Below are positions 52,887-61,542 of a stretch of DNA of 64,000 nt, piece after piece. How positions within the stretch are numbered: the stretch's first letter is position 1; each line of letters opens with the position of its first letter. The DNA is from Candidatus Woesearchaeota archaeon (GTDB lineage: Archaea > Nanobdellota > Nanobdellia > Pacearchaeales > GW2011-AR1), in the NCBI GenBank assembly GCA_964651965.1, contig CAZYZS010000004.1, positions 18,244 to 82,243 on the forward strand, in the 5' to 3' direction. The position numbers were made by a program, and so were the translations under genes. A model generated the notes under the pieces. The model searched no databases. It was not told where the DNA came from and was given only the letters and a program-made list of their open reading frames with translations.

Positions 52887-53039
52887 ATGGTAAAAAAATC
52901 AAAGATAAGCGTTTCAGTTGATGAAGAAACATTGGCTAAAATAGATGAGAATATTTTTAAGAGAAAATTCAGGAACCGAAGCCATGCCTTTGAATTCTGC
53001 ATAAATGAAGTATTGGGAGGGGAAAATGAAAACCAGTGA
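52887..53039 (+). CDS. Ribbon-helix-helix (CopG/Arc-like) mini-protein, 50 aa (below the ORF-track cutoff)
   Basis: MVKKSKISVSVDEETLAKIDENIFKRKFRNRSHAFEFCINEVLGGENENQ. Its 3' end overlaps the kinase start at 53026. Confidence 0.6.
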   Translation: MVKKSKISVSVDEETLAKIDENIFKRKFRNRSHAFEFCINEVLGGENENQ

Positions 53040-54696
53040 AAATGTATTAAATGAAAGAAGAACAGGGAGTGAAAGAGCCCCTGTGGACAAGCAAGCTTCT
53101 ATAGATGAAGTAATAGTAAGTGATACGTTCATTCCGACAGGCAAACACTTAGGCGATGGGGCTTGGGGGAGCGTTAGTTTATATAGAGGTCCTGGCGACC
53201 AAATGTGGGCACTTAAAATATTTGCTCCAAATGAGGATGGAAGAAGGCAGATGGAAGAAAGAGGGTGGACAGAAGAAGATGTAATGATGAGGGAAGCGAT
53301 TCCAATCGGAGCAGCTTCTTACAATGTAACCCCAAGAATAATCCAAACAGATAAAAACGGAAAAATGTTTGTTGCTATGCCCGCTTATGACTGTGATCTT
53401 TCGAAAGTACTTCACACCCTGACTCTTCGGGAATCCTTAGGCGTAGCAAAGAATATTGCAACTGCATTGACTTATTTTCATAATAGAAGAGTGAATGGAA
53501 ATAGATTCTACGATGCAAAAGATAAAAAAAATCAAGGCAACGGAAATGCTCATGGAGATGTGAAGCCATCAAATGTACTTCTCAATATAACGTATGATGA
53601 AGATGGGAGAAGACAACAGATCCGGGCTGATTTAAGCGATCTAGGATCAACAACCTGCATTTCAATTGGCGGAAGCGGAAAGAAAAGAGGCCCTCATGGA
53701 GACGTTAATTACAGACCTCCTGAATGCTCTGATGGGGATGCAAGCCCAAGTACAAGAGCAGACGTCTGGGGCTTAGGAGCAATTTTATACGAAGCACTTA
53801 CTGGAGAAAGCATCTATAATGGAATAGACAGAGACAACACAGATCAATTTAAATTGAATTCGAGAATAAAAAAGAAAATAAGAAAAGTTCCGTGGAGATT
53901 AAGGTCTTTTTTAAGAAAATGCCTTGCGGTTAATGAATTTGAAAGATTTCGCAGCGGGGATGAAGCTTTGAAAAGCTTAGATCAAGTTATAGACAATTTG
54001 GATACAAAGAAAGTTGTAAACACCCACTTTAAGAAATGGTGGCCCTTGGGTATACCTTTGGCTTTAACTGGATTGCTTATTTATGGTGCAGTAACTCATG
54101 AGCCAAAAAGATTGGAAATGCCTAGAACAAATATCCAGGGAATGGTTTATCCTCCTGAGAAACCCGGTGAAGAGCAAAGAATAGAATTTGAAAAAGAAAC
54201 TATTGATGACTTGCCAAGTGCAGCGAATGATGAATTGGTATTTCGTGGTATAATTCAAAATGCTAAATTATCTACTAATAATAGAATTGTTGCCTATCTT
54301 TTGAAAGCATATGCGCAAGCACATTCTTCTAGAAATACTATGAGGCCGCCAGGGGCCTATACAGATACACAATTCAGTACATATATTGCTTATACAACTC
54401 ACGATGAGAGGCAGTTTGCGGGATTGAGCGGAACTCCTTGGCCTGTCTGGGCGAAGTCAATTGAGGTTGCATTAAACCAAGCTAAAACAGCAGATGGAAA
54501 AGTTGATTTGGAAGATGTAATGACTATCTCAAGAGTAGGAGTAGACTTAGTAAACCAAGCAAAGAGAGCCTCAGGAAGTTTTGATTATGAAGTTTATAGG
54601 ACCGCCAAAGACAGCAAAGGAAAGTATATAATCCCAGAAAAAGAGCAGAGTTTTATTAATACCTGGCTTGCCTATTACAACGCAGATATAGATTAA
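53026..54696 (+). CDS. Hanks-type Ser/Thr protein kinase with a TM segment and a C-terminal extracytoplasmic domain
   Basis: GDGAWGSVSLY, WALKIF, HGDVKPSNVLL, DLSDLGS, YRPPE and DVWGLGAILYEALTGE, then TM WWPLGIPLALTGLLIYGAV. The ATG at 53026, preceded by ggagggg, is preferred to 53005. Confidence 0.8.
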   Translation: MKTSENVLNERRTGSERAPVDKQASIDEVIVSDTFIPTGKHLGDGAWGSVSLYRGPGDQMWALKIFAPNEDGRRQMEERGWTEEDVMMREAIPIGAASYNVTPRIIQTDKNGKMFVAMPAYDCDLSKVLHTLTLRESLGVAKNIATALTYFHNRRVNGNRFYDAKDKKNQGNGNAHGDVKPSNVLLNITYDEDGRRQQIRADLSDLGSTTCISIGGSGKKRGPHGDVNYRPPECSDGDASPSTRADVWGLGAILYEALTGESIYNGIDRDNTDQFKLNSRIKKKIRKVPWRLRSFLRKCLAVNEFERFRSGDEALKSLDQVIDNLDTKKVVNTHFKKWWPLGIPLALTGLLIYGAVTHEPKRLEMPRTNIQGMVYPPEKPGEEQRIEFEKETIDDLPSAANDELVFRGIIQNAKLSTNNRIVAYLLKAYAQAHSSRNTMRPPGAYTDTQFSTYIAYTTHDERQFAGLSGTPWPVWAKSIEVALNQAKTADGKVDLEDVMTISRVGVDLVNQAKRASGSFDYEVYRTAKDSKGKYIIPEKEQSFINTWLAYYNADID

Positions 54697-55610
54697 ATTT
54701 CTTTTTTTATAATCTCGCTTAAAATCGGACTTGTTCCGATTTGAATCGTTCTGAATAGTTCTTTGATGTAACAGTGTACAACCGCAGATTTTCCTTTGCT
54801 TTTTTCAATTAGCTCAAGGCATTTTCCAAATTGATATTCTTTTTTCAGACTATTTATTTTGTGAACTGCTTTTATGTCCTCATTAAAATAAGCGTCTTGG
54901 TAGAGCTGAAACTGTTCTTTAAGCTCTTGGAGAAGCATGAGAACTGATTTGTCTGTTTTGACCTTGTTCTCTTTTGCATATTTATAGAGATAAAAATATG
55001 CGTGCTCTATATGCATTAAAAAAGTTAAAAGCTCCCATTCCAGAACAGGGTCTTTTTCATATTTCTCTTTAATTAAAGTCCTTCTGCAGAATAAAATAAA
55101 ACTATCTTGGTTATTTCTTATTTCTTCTATTTCTTTCCAGTTTTCGTATTTGCTATTAGTAAAATCTTCTAGAAGGATGTCTTGTGTCTCTTCTATTATC
55201 ATGAAGACCTTTCTCATCATTACCTCATATTTTTGCCCTGTCGGCTCTGAAATATTCTCTATTTTGCATTGTTTCTCTGATTTCTCGGTTATTTCAAATC
55301 CAAGAAGAAGATTTTTTGTTGTCTGTTTTATTTTCTTAATCAGTTCTTGGTCAGTATTTTTTAAGATTATAGAGTCAAAGCCCCTTCTATAGGCATGAGT
55401 CAGTATAACTTTTATATCTTCTCTATTTTGTTCTGTTATTTCTATTGTAATTTCTTTCTTTTCCTTAACCTCGCTTCCAATTATCAGGGAATTTTCTACT
55501 TCTTTTACATCAACTATATCCCCTTCGTGTAACTTTTTCCGGTCTACCCATTTCTTAGGCAGGTATATTGTATAGCCTCCCCCTCCCTGTTTTATGAGTC
55601 TTCTTTCCAT
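54693..55610 (-). CDS. AbrB/SpoVT-domain plus PhoU-like regulator
   Basis: The N-terminal MERRLIKQGGGGYTIYLPKKWVDRKKLHEGDIVDV is a swapped-hairpin AbrB domain. The helical remainder resembles archaeal PhoU-domain regulators. Confidence 0.55.
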   Translation of the reverse strand: MERRLIKQGGGGYTIYLPKKWVDRKKLHEGDIVDVKEVENSLIIGSEVKEKKEITIEITEQNREDIKVILTHAYRRGFDSIILKNTDQELIKKIKQTTKNLLLGFEITEKSEKQCKIENISEPTGQKYEVMMRKVFMIIEETQDILLEDFTNSKYENWKEIEEIRNNQDSFILFCRRTLIKEKYEKDPVLEWELLTFLMHIEHAYFYLYKYAKENKVKTDKSVLMLLQELKEQFQLYQDAYFNEDIKAVHKINSLKKEYQFGKCLELIEKSKGKSAVVHCYIKELFRTIQIGTSPILSEIIKKEI

Positions 55611-55744
55611 AAACTATACAGGAAATGTGTGTTTTTAAAGTTTTCTATTTTTGATATCAGTAATATTAATAATATCAGAAAGATATTAAATCGTACCGGT
55701 TTGTATTACCATTGTATAGTAAATACATAATAAATGTATACAAA

Positions 55745-56470
55745 ATGGAAACAAAAAAAACAAACTGGAAATCGAGAATAAAAATGGCCGCTGTTACAGG
55801 ACTGGCTGCCCTACTTGGAACAGTCAATACCTGCTTTGCAGAAAGCCCAAAAGTCTATGTTGAGTCTGGAGTTGTATCTGCATATGTAGGCAGACATGGA
55901 TGGTTCAAAGAAGGGCTGGTAAATCAGAATATGATATCTGCTGACTTCAATAATGGCCTATCTGCTTTTGCATGGCAAAACTATGATTTTAACAGTGGGA
56001 AAGTAAACGAAATAGACAGCGGGATTATGTATTCAAGAAAGATAGAAGGGAACTTATCTGCGAATGTCGGGTTTCAGCACTGGAATTATCTGAATGGGGA
56101 ATTTGGAGATTGCGATAATGTTGTAAAAGCAGGGGCAAAACTAACTGGGCCGGTAGTAGATGTTCAATACGACTTTACACATATAATCGGCCATAATACA
56201 ACTCCTACAGGAGACAGGCATTACTTTAAGGTTTCAAAGACTTTTCCATTAGGAAACCTTGGGAAAAATGAGATTGCTGTAACCCCATCGCTAGGCGCTT
56301 CGCTTCTTGATGACTACTATGGAAAAACTGGACTGTCGCAAGTAACCCCTGGTGTGAATCTTTCAGTAAAAAATGGAAGATGGAGCTTCAATGCTTTTGT
56401 AAATGCTCAGGATGGAAAGCTTTTTAATGATTTGTTATGGGGCGGAGTGAGTTTGGGGTATAGTTTTTAG
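55745..56470 (+). CDS. Signal-peptide protein resembling a bacterial outer-membrane beta-barrel (TorF-like pattern)
   Basis: Signal AAVTGLAALLGTVNTCFA|ESP, about 12 amphipathic alternating strands, and a C-terminus GGVSLGYSF ending in Phe. The ATG at 55745 is preferred to the TTG at 55712. Confidence 0.5.
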   Translation: METKKTNWKSRIKMAAVTGLAALLGTVNTCFAESPKVYVESGVVSAYVGRHGWFKEGLVNQNMISADFNNGLSAFAWQNYDFNSGKVNEIDSGIMYSRKIEGNLSANVGFQHWNYLNGEFGDCDNVVKAGAKLTGPVVDVQYDFTHIIGHNTTPTGDRHYFKVSKTFPLGNLGKNEIAVTPSLGASLLDDYYGKTGLSQVTPGVNLSVKNGRWSFNAFVNAQDGKLFNDLLWGGVSLGYSF

Positions 56471-56479
56471 GAGGAAAAA

Positions 56480-56848
56480 ATGAAATTCAATGCAAATTAC
56501 TTAGTTTCATCAAAAGAAGGTTTAGAGTACTTAGAAGGTCGTTTGGATTTATTGAGCAGACATTGTTCATTCCCCCGAGATGAAAAAACCTCTTTAGATG
56601 TATTTGTTAGGCAAGATGATTTAGGGGTAGTTCAAATATTCCCAATAAGTTCTCCTATGCTGGCCCTTTCTTATCGCTCAAGAGCCATTGATTCTCATCC
56701 TACTGAACAGCCATCAGACCTGTTGGTAACACCTTCTCAAGGAGGAGACAGGGTTACAATTAGGGAACAGAATGATAACGTAACTTATTATCAATTCCAC
56801 AATGCTCAAGCTAGCATTAACGATGTTTTTGGAAGGAGTTCAGCATGA
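56480..56848 (+). CDS. Hypothetical protein (122 aa)
   Basis: aggagga lies 8 nt upstream. No motif recognised. Confidence 0.45.
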   Translation: MKFNANYLVSSKEGLEYLEGRLDLLSRHCSFPRDEKTSLDVFVRQDDLGVVQIFPISSPMLALSYRSRAIDSHPTEQPSDLLVTPSQGGDRVTIREQNDNVTYYQFHNAQASINDVFGRSSA

Positions 56849-57294
56849 GCGTTCTTAGAACCATCGGCAATAAATTGGCTGGAAGGAGAAAAACAACAGA
56901 AATAAATCTTTCTTTAGATGCTGCCCTCGGAGTTGCAAGATCGGCTCGAGGTCCTTGGGATATTTCTTTTAGTAAGGGCTGGAGAAATTATTTTGGAGCA
57001 AATATCCCGAGTGAAGAAGCTGCAAGATTCTTATCTAAGCAATTTGAAGATTCAGAAAAATATCCAGTTGATGCCACTTACCAGGTATTCACAGGCCAGA
57101 CAGATACAAGGGTCTATCTTGATGTAAGAGAAAGGGTTGTGAGAGAAAGACTCGGAGAACTTACTGTTTATGATACTGCATTTCCTGAGACTGAGGCTAC
57201 TTTAACTTATGCCTTAAAAAACCAGAACCCGGGAAATACTGGGAGATGTCGAGATAAATTAGCTGATACATTACAGCACCTGAGGTTGCATTAA
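56845..57294 (+). CDS. Hypothetical protein (149 aa)
   Basis: ATGA overlap with the upstream gene. No motif recognised. Confidence 0.45.
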   Translation: MSVLRTIGNKLAGRRKTTEINLSLDAALGVARSARGPWDISFSKGWRNYFGANIPSEEAARFLSKQFEDSEKYPVDATYQVFTGQTDTRVYLDVRERVVRERLGELTVYDTAFPETEATLTYALKNQNPGNTGRCRDKLADTLQHLRLH

Positions 57295-57295
57295 A

Positions 57296-57610
57296 ATGGA
57301 GCCAAGATATACTCCTGAAGGACTTCCGGTACTGACTGAAGCTACTGTGGAAATGCATTTCATTGAAGAAGCAAGACTTGACGCGGGAGGCGAGGAGAGT
57401 CTAATGAGAGCTATGGAAACAAGAGCCAAAGAAATTTTCGGACAAAATCCAGTTCTTGAAAAAGCATTGAATCGGTTTTGCAGGAAGTATGGAATTGAAG
57501 GTGAAGAAGAATTGCTTGTGCAAGCCGCAGGAGTTTATGTCGCTCAACTGTATAAAAGTCAAGCGGAAGTAAACAATTTAGAAGATGTAAGGCGGAGGTG
57601 GCTAAGATGA
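57296..57610 (+). CDS. Hypothetical protein (104 aa)
   Basis: Starts 1 nt after the upstream stop. No motif recognised. Confidence 0.45.
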   Translation: MEPRYTPEGLPVLTEATVEMHFIEEARLDAGGEESLMRAMETRAKEIFGQNPVLEKALNRFCRKYGIEGEEELLVQAAGVYVAQLYKSQAEVNNLEDVRRRWLR

Positions 57611-58233
57611 GAGAAAAACAAACAATAAGGACAAGGATAAGAAACACTTTAGCTGGGATTTTAATTGGAGCTTCTAGCTTGGTTAGCCCAATGCAAGCAG
57701 AAGAAAAGCCTCTGACAACTATGATGAATACAGAAATAACTTATACAGAGGGAAATAGTATTCTAAGAATAAGGCCTTATGTTTACACTGCTCCTTCTGA
57801 AAATCAGAGAATGGAATTAATGTTAGGAAGAAAATTTGGAGATTTCTCAGCGTATGCTTATTTTAAGGCAGATAATCAAGATAACAGCTTGGCAGGAACT
57901 AGATTCGATTATGGAAAAAATTTCTTAGATGGCAAATTAAATGCAAATTTTCAGATTAGATTATTTTCGGGATTAACAGAAGGGACAAAAGATGAACTTT
58001 ATGTTATTCCAACTGCAGATTATAAAATTAATGATAAGTTGAAAGTGGGGGTTTTAGGATATGCTGTGATGAGAGAAACAAAAGACCCTGTCTTTTATCT
58101 GGGGCCTTCAGCAACCATTCAGTTAGCAGATAACCTTAGTTTCATGGCTTCTTATGATTGGGATTTGCTTGGAAATTATGGAGATCTTCTTTACTTAAGT
58201 TTGAACTATAAGTTCGGAGGACAGAAAAAATGA
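57598..58233 (+). CDS. Second signal-peptide protein with a beta-barrel-like strand pattern
   Basis: Signal LAGILIGASSLVSPMQA|EEKP, about 10-11 alternating strands, and the near-terminal LYLSLNYKF followed by GGQKK. Confidence 0.45.
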   Translation: MAKMREKQTIRTRIRNTLAGILIGASSLVSPMQAEEKPLTTMMNTEITYTEGNSILRIRPYVYTAPSENQRMELMLGRKFGDFSAYAYFKADNQDNSLAGTRFDYGKNFLDGKLNANFQIRLFSGLTEGTKDELYVIPTADYKINDKLKVGVLGYAVMRETKDPVFYLGPSATIQLADNLSFMASYDWDLLGNYGDLLYLSLNYKFGGQKK

Positions 58234-58382
58234 GTTTGAATTCTTTTACAATCACAAAGAGAATTGCCAAACATGGCAGTCAGTCAATTATTGTTATCCC
58301 TAATGTTCTTAAAGAGCAGCTTAAGCCAAAAATGCTGGTGAAAATTAGAATTGATGTTTTGAAGGAGGAAGAAATAAAATGA
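58230..58382 (+). CDS. AbrB/SpoVT-like mini-protein, 50 aa (below the ORF-track cutoff)
   Basis: MSLNSFTITKRIAKHGSQSIIVIPNVLKEQLKPKMLVKIRIDVLKEEEIK. It is a paralog of 63467..63625 and has ATGA-type overlaps at both ends. Confidence 0.6.
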   Translation: MSLNSFTITKRIAKHGSQSIIVIPNVLKEQLKPKMLVKIRIDVLKEEEIK

Positions 58383-59143
58383 ACATTAATGATTTTTTTG
58401 GTAATCTTTTTATTAGGCTTGGCTTAAATATGAAGGCAGATTCTCCTGAGTTTCGAGCGGATGTAAGAAAATTAGAAGATGCTGTTAAGGATTTTGATAA
58501 TTTCCACAGAGCTCTTCTTCCGCCAGATCAAGCAAAAATTATAGATGATGCTTTTGCCGAAGTAAGAAACATGGTTTTGGAGGGGAGAGTAGATGAGGTT
58601 ACAAATCCCGAAAAGGGGCCCCTAAAAAAAATCTATGAGGTTTCAGTGGCTGCCAAAGGATTATTTGTTCCTTATCTTTTGACTTGGAGCGTCCGCTATC
58701 ATCTAAGGGTAGTAGACAAAGCCCTAACCCAAAATAAAGTTAAGGATTTTTTTGAAATGCCTTATGAGCCCTCATTTGGGCCTGCACAGGTTATGGATCT
58801 TGCAATTATTGGAGAATTAAAAAACCCTCAAGTCGACGTTTTTATAAAAGAGGGAAATGATCTCTATACTGAAAATTATAGTTGGCCCAAATTAAGAATA
58901 ATAAGAGATGACAAGTCTCCAGCAGTAAGAGTTGAAAATGTCAAGCCGAAGGTTGTTACAGGTGAAAGAGAGATTTGGACAGGAGACTATACTGCATTAA
59001 CAGATTCTATTTATGACAAAGTGAAAGGGGAGGGTTTTATGTTAGTAAAATCTCCTTTGAATTTCCAAGAATCTGCTAGACACGAGATGATTACTAGGAG
59101 TTTTTTTTCGGAATTTCTGAAATACGAGGCGGGAAGAAGATGA
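58379..59143 (+). CDS. Hypothetical protein (254 aa)
   Basis: Translationally coupled to the AbrB-like mini-gene. No motif recognised. Confidence 0.45.
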   Translation: MNINDFFGNLFIRLGLNMKADSPEFRADVRKLEDAVKDFDNFHRALLPPDQAKIIDDAFAEVRNMVLEGRVDEVTNPEKGPLKKIYEVSVAAKGLFVPYLLTWSVRYHLRVVDKALTQNKVKDFFEMPYEPSFGPAQVMDLAIIGELKNPQVDVFIKEGNDLYTENYSWPKLRIIRDDKSPAVRVENVKPKVVTGEREIWTGDYTALTDSIYDKVKGEGFMLVKSPLNFQESARHEMITRSFFSEFLKYEAGRR

Positions 59144-59144
59144 A

Positions 59145-61073
59145 ATGGTCCGGCAAGTTATTCATTGGAGTAAAGGACTTATTCTCAAGAATTTAAAAGA
59201 TTTAAATGAACAAAGAGCAGATTTACGAGATAATAATGCTCAAGAAAATTATAGGAAACTTTATCGTGCAGCATGCTGGCATCTTGGAAGCTGGAGAAAA
59301 GCCTTGAAAGAGGCGGGGATACGCTATAGAGATATCGAGGAAAGAGTTTATTCTGAAAGAGGGGAAAAAGAAAAAGAAAGATTACTGGCGGACTTAAGGG
59401 CGGCTTTTGAAGAAGGGGCTCTGTTAGACCGCGGGAGTATAATAAAAAATCCTGATTATAGAACTCTTTATTGGTCAGCTCAGAAATTTTATTCTGGTAG
59501 GACTTTTTGGGAAGATGTTTTAACAGAAGCAGGTCTTGACCCAAGAAAAATTGTTAGGCAGAAAAAATGGACTAAAGAAAGAGTAAAAGAGGCGATTCTA
59601 AAAAGAAAAGCAGAAGGCAAACCCCTCAATGCTGCAGCATTAAAAGAAGACATGAGTTTGGCCCATGCTATTGATAATCATTTTGGCTCTCACCAAGAGG
59701 CCCTGAGATACTCTGGAATAAATCCAGATGGAATTATTTTTTCTAGAAGGTATACTAACGAGCAATTAGTAGAATACCTACAATCATGCCATAGTTCTGG
59801 GATAAGCTTAAATCCTGCTAGGATTTTTAAAGATAGAAAAAGAAGCAAAAGGAGCAGAGAGAGATATAGATTTTATTTAGCAGCTTCAAGAAGATTCGGA
59901 GACTGGAGAGCCGCACTTTTATTTTCTGGGATAAATCCTTTGCAGTATTATACAAGGCAAAAATGGGATGAAAAAAAGGTAGTAGAAGAGATAAAGAGAA
60001 ATTTTGAATCAGGAAAGCCTCTTAATTCTTCTTCTGTAATCAAGGGGAATAATTCACTGTATAAAGCAGGGTCAAGATATTATGGCTCATGGGAAAAAGC
60101 AATAGTGGCGGCGGGCCTTGACTATTCTCAGATAAGCCAAGAGAAAGAATCTTTAAGCGAAGCGGAGATAGTAGCAAAAATAAAGGAGCTTGCTTCTCTT
60201 GGGGGGGATTTAAGTATTACTTCAATTGTAGAAGATGAAGACTTCTCTATTAGGAGATTGGTCAGTCAATCCTACAATCGATTTGATGGTGGATGGGAAG
60301 AAGCTATCAGCAGAGCAGGATTAGACTATGATGCTATAAGAAAGAATCGCAGAAAATACAAATTTAAAGAACTCGAAGAGGCTGTAAAAGAGTGGGAAAG
60401 AAATGGAAGAAGTTTAGATGTTTCTCTAGTAAGGGTCGACCCTGAAACTAAGAACATATACCGGGCTGCTGTGCGAAGATTCAATAGCTGGTACGGATTT
60501 CTAGAAAGAATTGGTGTTGACATATCTAAATACCATGCTAGAAATGACTGGAAAAATGGGGCAGGGGTTTTAGAAGCATTAAGGGAGCGATTTCCTTCAG
60601 GGGTAGTCACAGGAGTCCGCGGAATAGACCAAAATCTTGCAGCTGCAATTTACGCCTACTTTCCAGGAGGGATTAGGGAAGCAGCTCAAAAAGCAGGAAT
60701 GGTTTATTCTAGAGGCGGGGGACTTGATAGAAAACTCCTTGAAGAACAAGATGGCTCTGTTGAAAACTTGTACTTAAGTAATCAGCAGTTTCTTCAAGAG
60801 ATAGTTGATAAAGTTTATTATGGGGCTATTGGAAGAGGAATTCCTTCAGGAGATAAAGATGATTTAATGCAGGAAGCTGCTATTCTTTTTATGAGTTTAT
60901 TGAGAAAGAAACCTTCAAAGGCAGATTTAAGAGAATATGTTTCGGGGCCTATTTATCGGAAGTTAATAGAGCTCAATAAAGAGCGCGCTAAGCAAGCTAG
61001 AAAAGAGCATTTATGGGGAGAAGAAGTTTATTTTGATCTTGCAGTATCTGACTTGGCTGAAAAAGAAGAATAA
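59145..61073 (+). CDS. Protein of eight ~70-aa helical repeats (homing-endonuclease-associated-repeat-like) with a sigma-70 region-2-like C-terminus
   Basis: Repeat ends: LGSWRKALKEAGIRY, GRTFWEDVLTEAGLDP, FGSHQEALRYSGINP, FGDWRAALLFSGINP, YGSWEKAIVAAGLDY, DGGWEEAISRAGLDY, FNSWYGFLERIGVDI, PGGIREAAQKAGMVY. The tail is DDLMQEAAILFMSLLRK...YRKLIELNKERAKQ. Confidence 0.55.
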   Translation: MVRQVIHWSKGLILKNLKDLNEQRADLRDNNAQENYRKLYRAACWHLGSWRKALKEAGIRYRDIEERVYSERGEKEKERLLADLRAAFEEGALLDRGSIIKNPDYRTLYWSAQKFYSGRTFWEDVLTEAGLDPRKIVRQKKWTKERVKEAILKRKAEGKPLNAAALKEDMSLAHAIDNHFGSHQEALRYSGINPDGIIFSRRYTNEQLVEYLQSCHSSGISLNPARIFKDRKRSKRSRERYRFYLAASRRFGDWRAALLFSGINPLQYYTRQKWDEKKVVEEIKRNFESGKPLNSSSVIKGNNSLYKAGSRYYGSWEKAIVAAGLDYSQISQEKESLSEAEIVAKIKELASLGGDLSITSIVEDEDFSIRRLVSQSYNRFDGGWEEAISRAGLDYDAIRKNRRKYKFKELEEAVKEWERNGRSLDVSLVRVDPETKNIYRAAVRRFNSWYGFLERIGVDISKYHARNDWKNGAGVLEALRERFPSGVVTGVRGIDQNLAAAIYAYFPGGIREAAQKAGMVYSRGGGLDRKLLEEQDGSVENLYLSNQQFLQEIVDKVYYGAIGRGIPSGDKDDLMQEAAILFMSLLRKKPSKADLREYVSGPIYRKLIELNKERAKQARKEHLWGEEVYFDLAVSDLAEKEE

Positions 61074-61100
61074 ATGATTTGTATGCATAAAGTAAACTAT

Positions 61101-61520
61101 TTATTCACTACATGGATAAAGCTCTGCTAAGCCTACTTGCGTTCTTCTGGAAGTCCACCAGAAATTATCTTTAGGAGTATCTACACAACACCAGAAATGG
61201 TGTTGAAAGCCTAAAGAAATTATTTTCTTGTCCTCTTCGTCCAATTCCCCAATAGGGTCTTCTGTTCTAAATTCTGATGGAGTCATATAGCGCTCGTATC
61301 TTACCTGAACGGGATTTGCATTTTTGCCTTCTCTTTCAGCTAAAAAATTAAGTGTAGCAGAAGCAAGTGCAGCAAACCAGTAGTAATCTGATCCGTTTAC
61401 ACCCCTCTCGATTTGAGAAGCAAAATAGGCAGATCTCTTAATGTACTCACGAATTTCTCCATCTCCCCCTTCTGCAGCTAATTTTCCTACTTCATCATAT
61501 ACCCTTTTTACCAAGCTCAT
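61101..61520 (-). CDS. Hypothetical protein (139 aa)
   Basis: ORF only. It is Trp/Cys-containing, with no motif recognised. Confidence 0.4.
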   Translation of the reverse strand: MSLVKRVYDEVGKLAAEGGDGEIREYIKRSAYFASQIERGVNGSDYYWFAALASATLNFLAEREGKNANPVQVRYERYMTPSEFRTEDPIGELDEEDKKIISLGFQHHFWCCVDTPKDNFWWTSRRTQVGLAELYPCSE

Positions 61521-61542
61521 AACTACAGATATAGTTTCAAGT

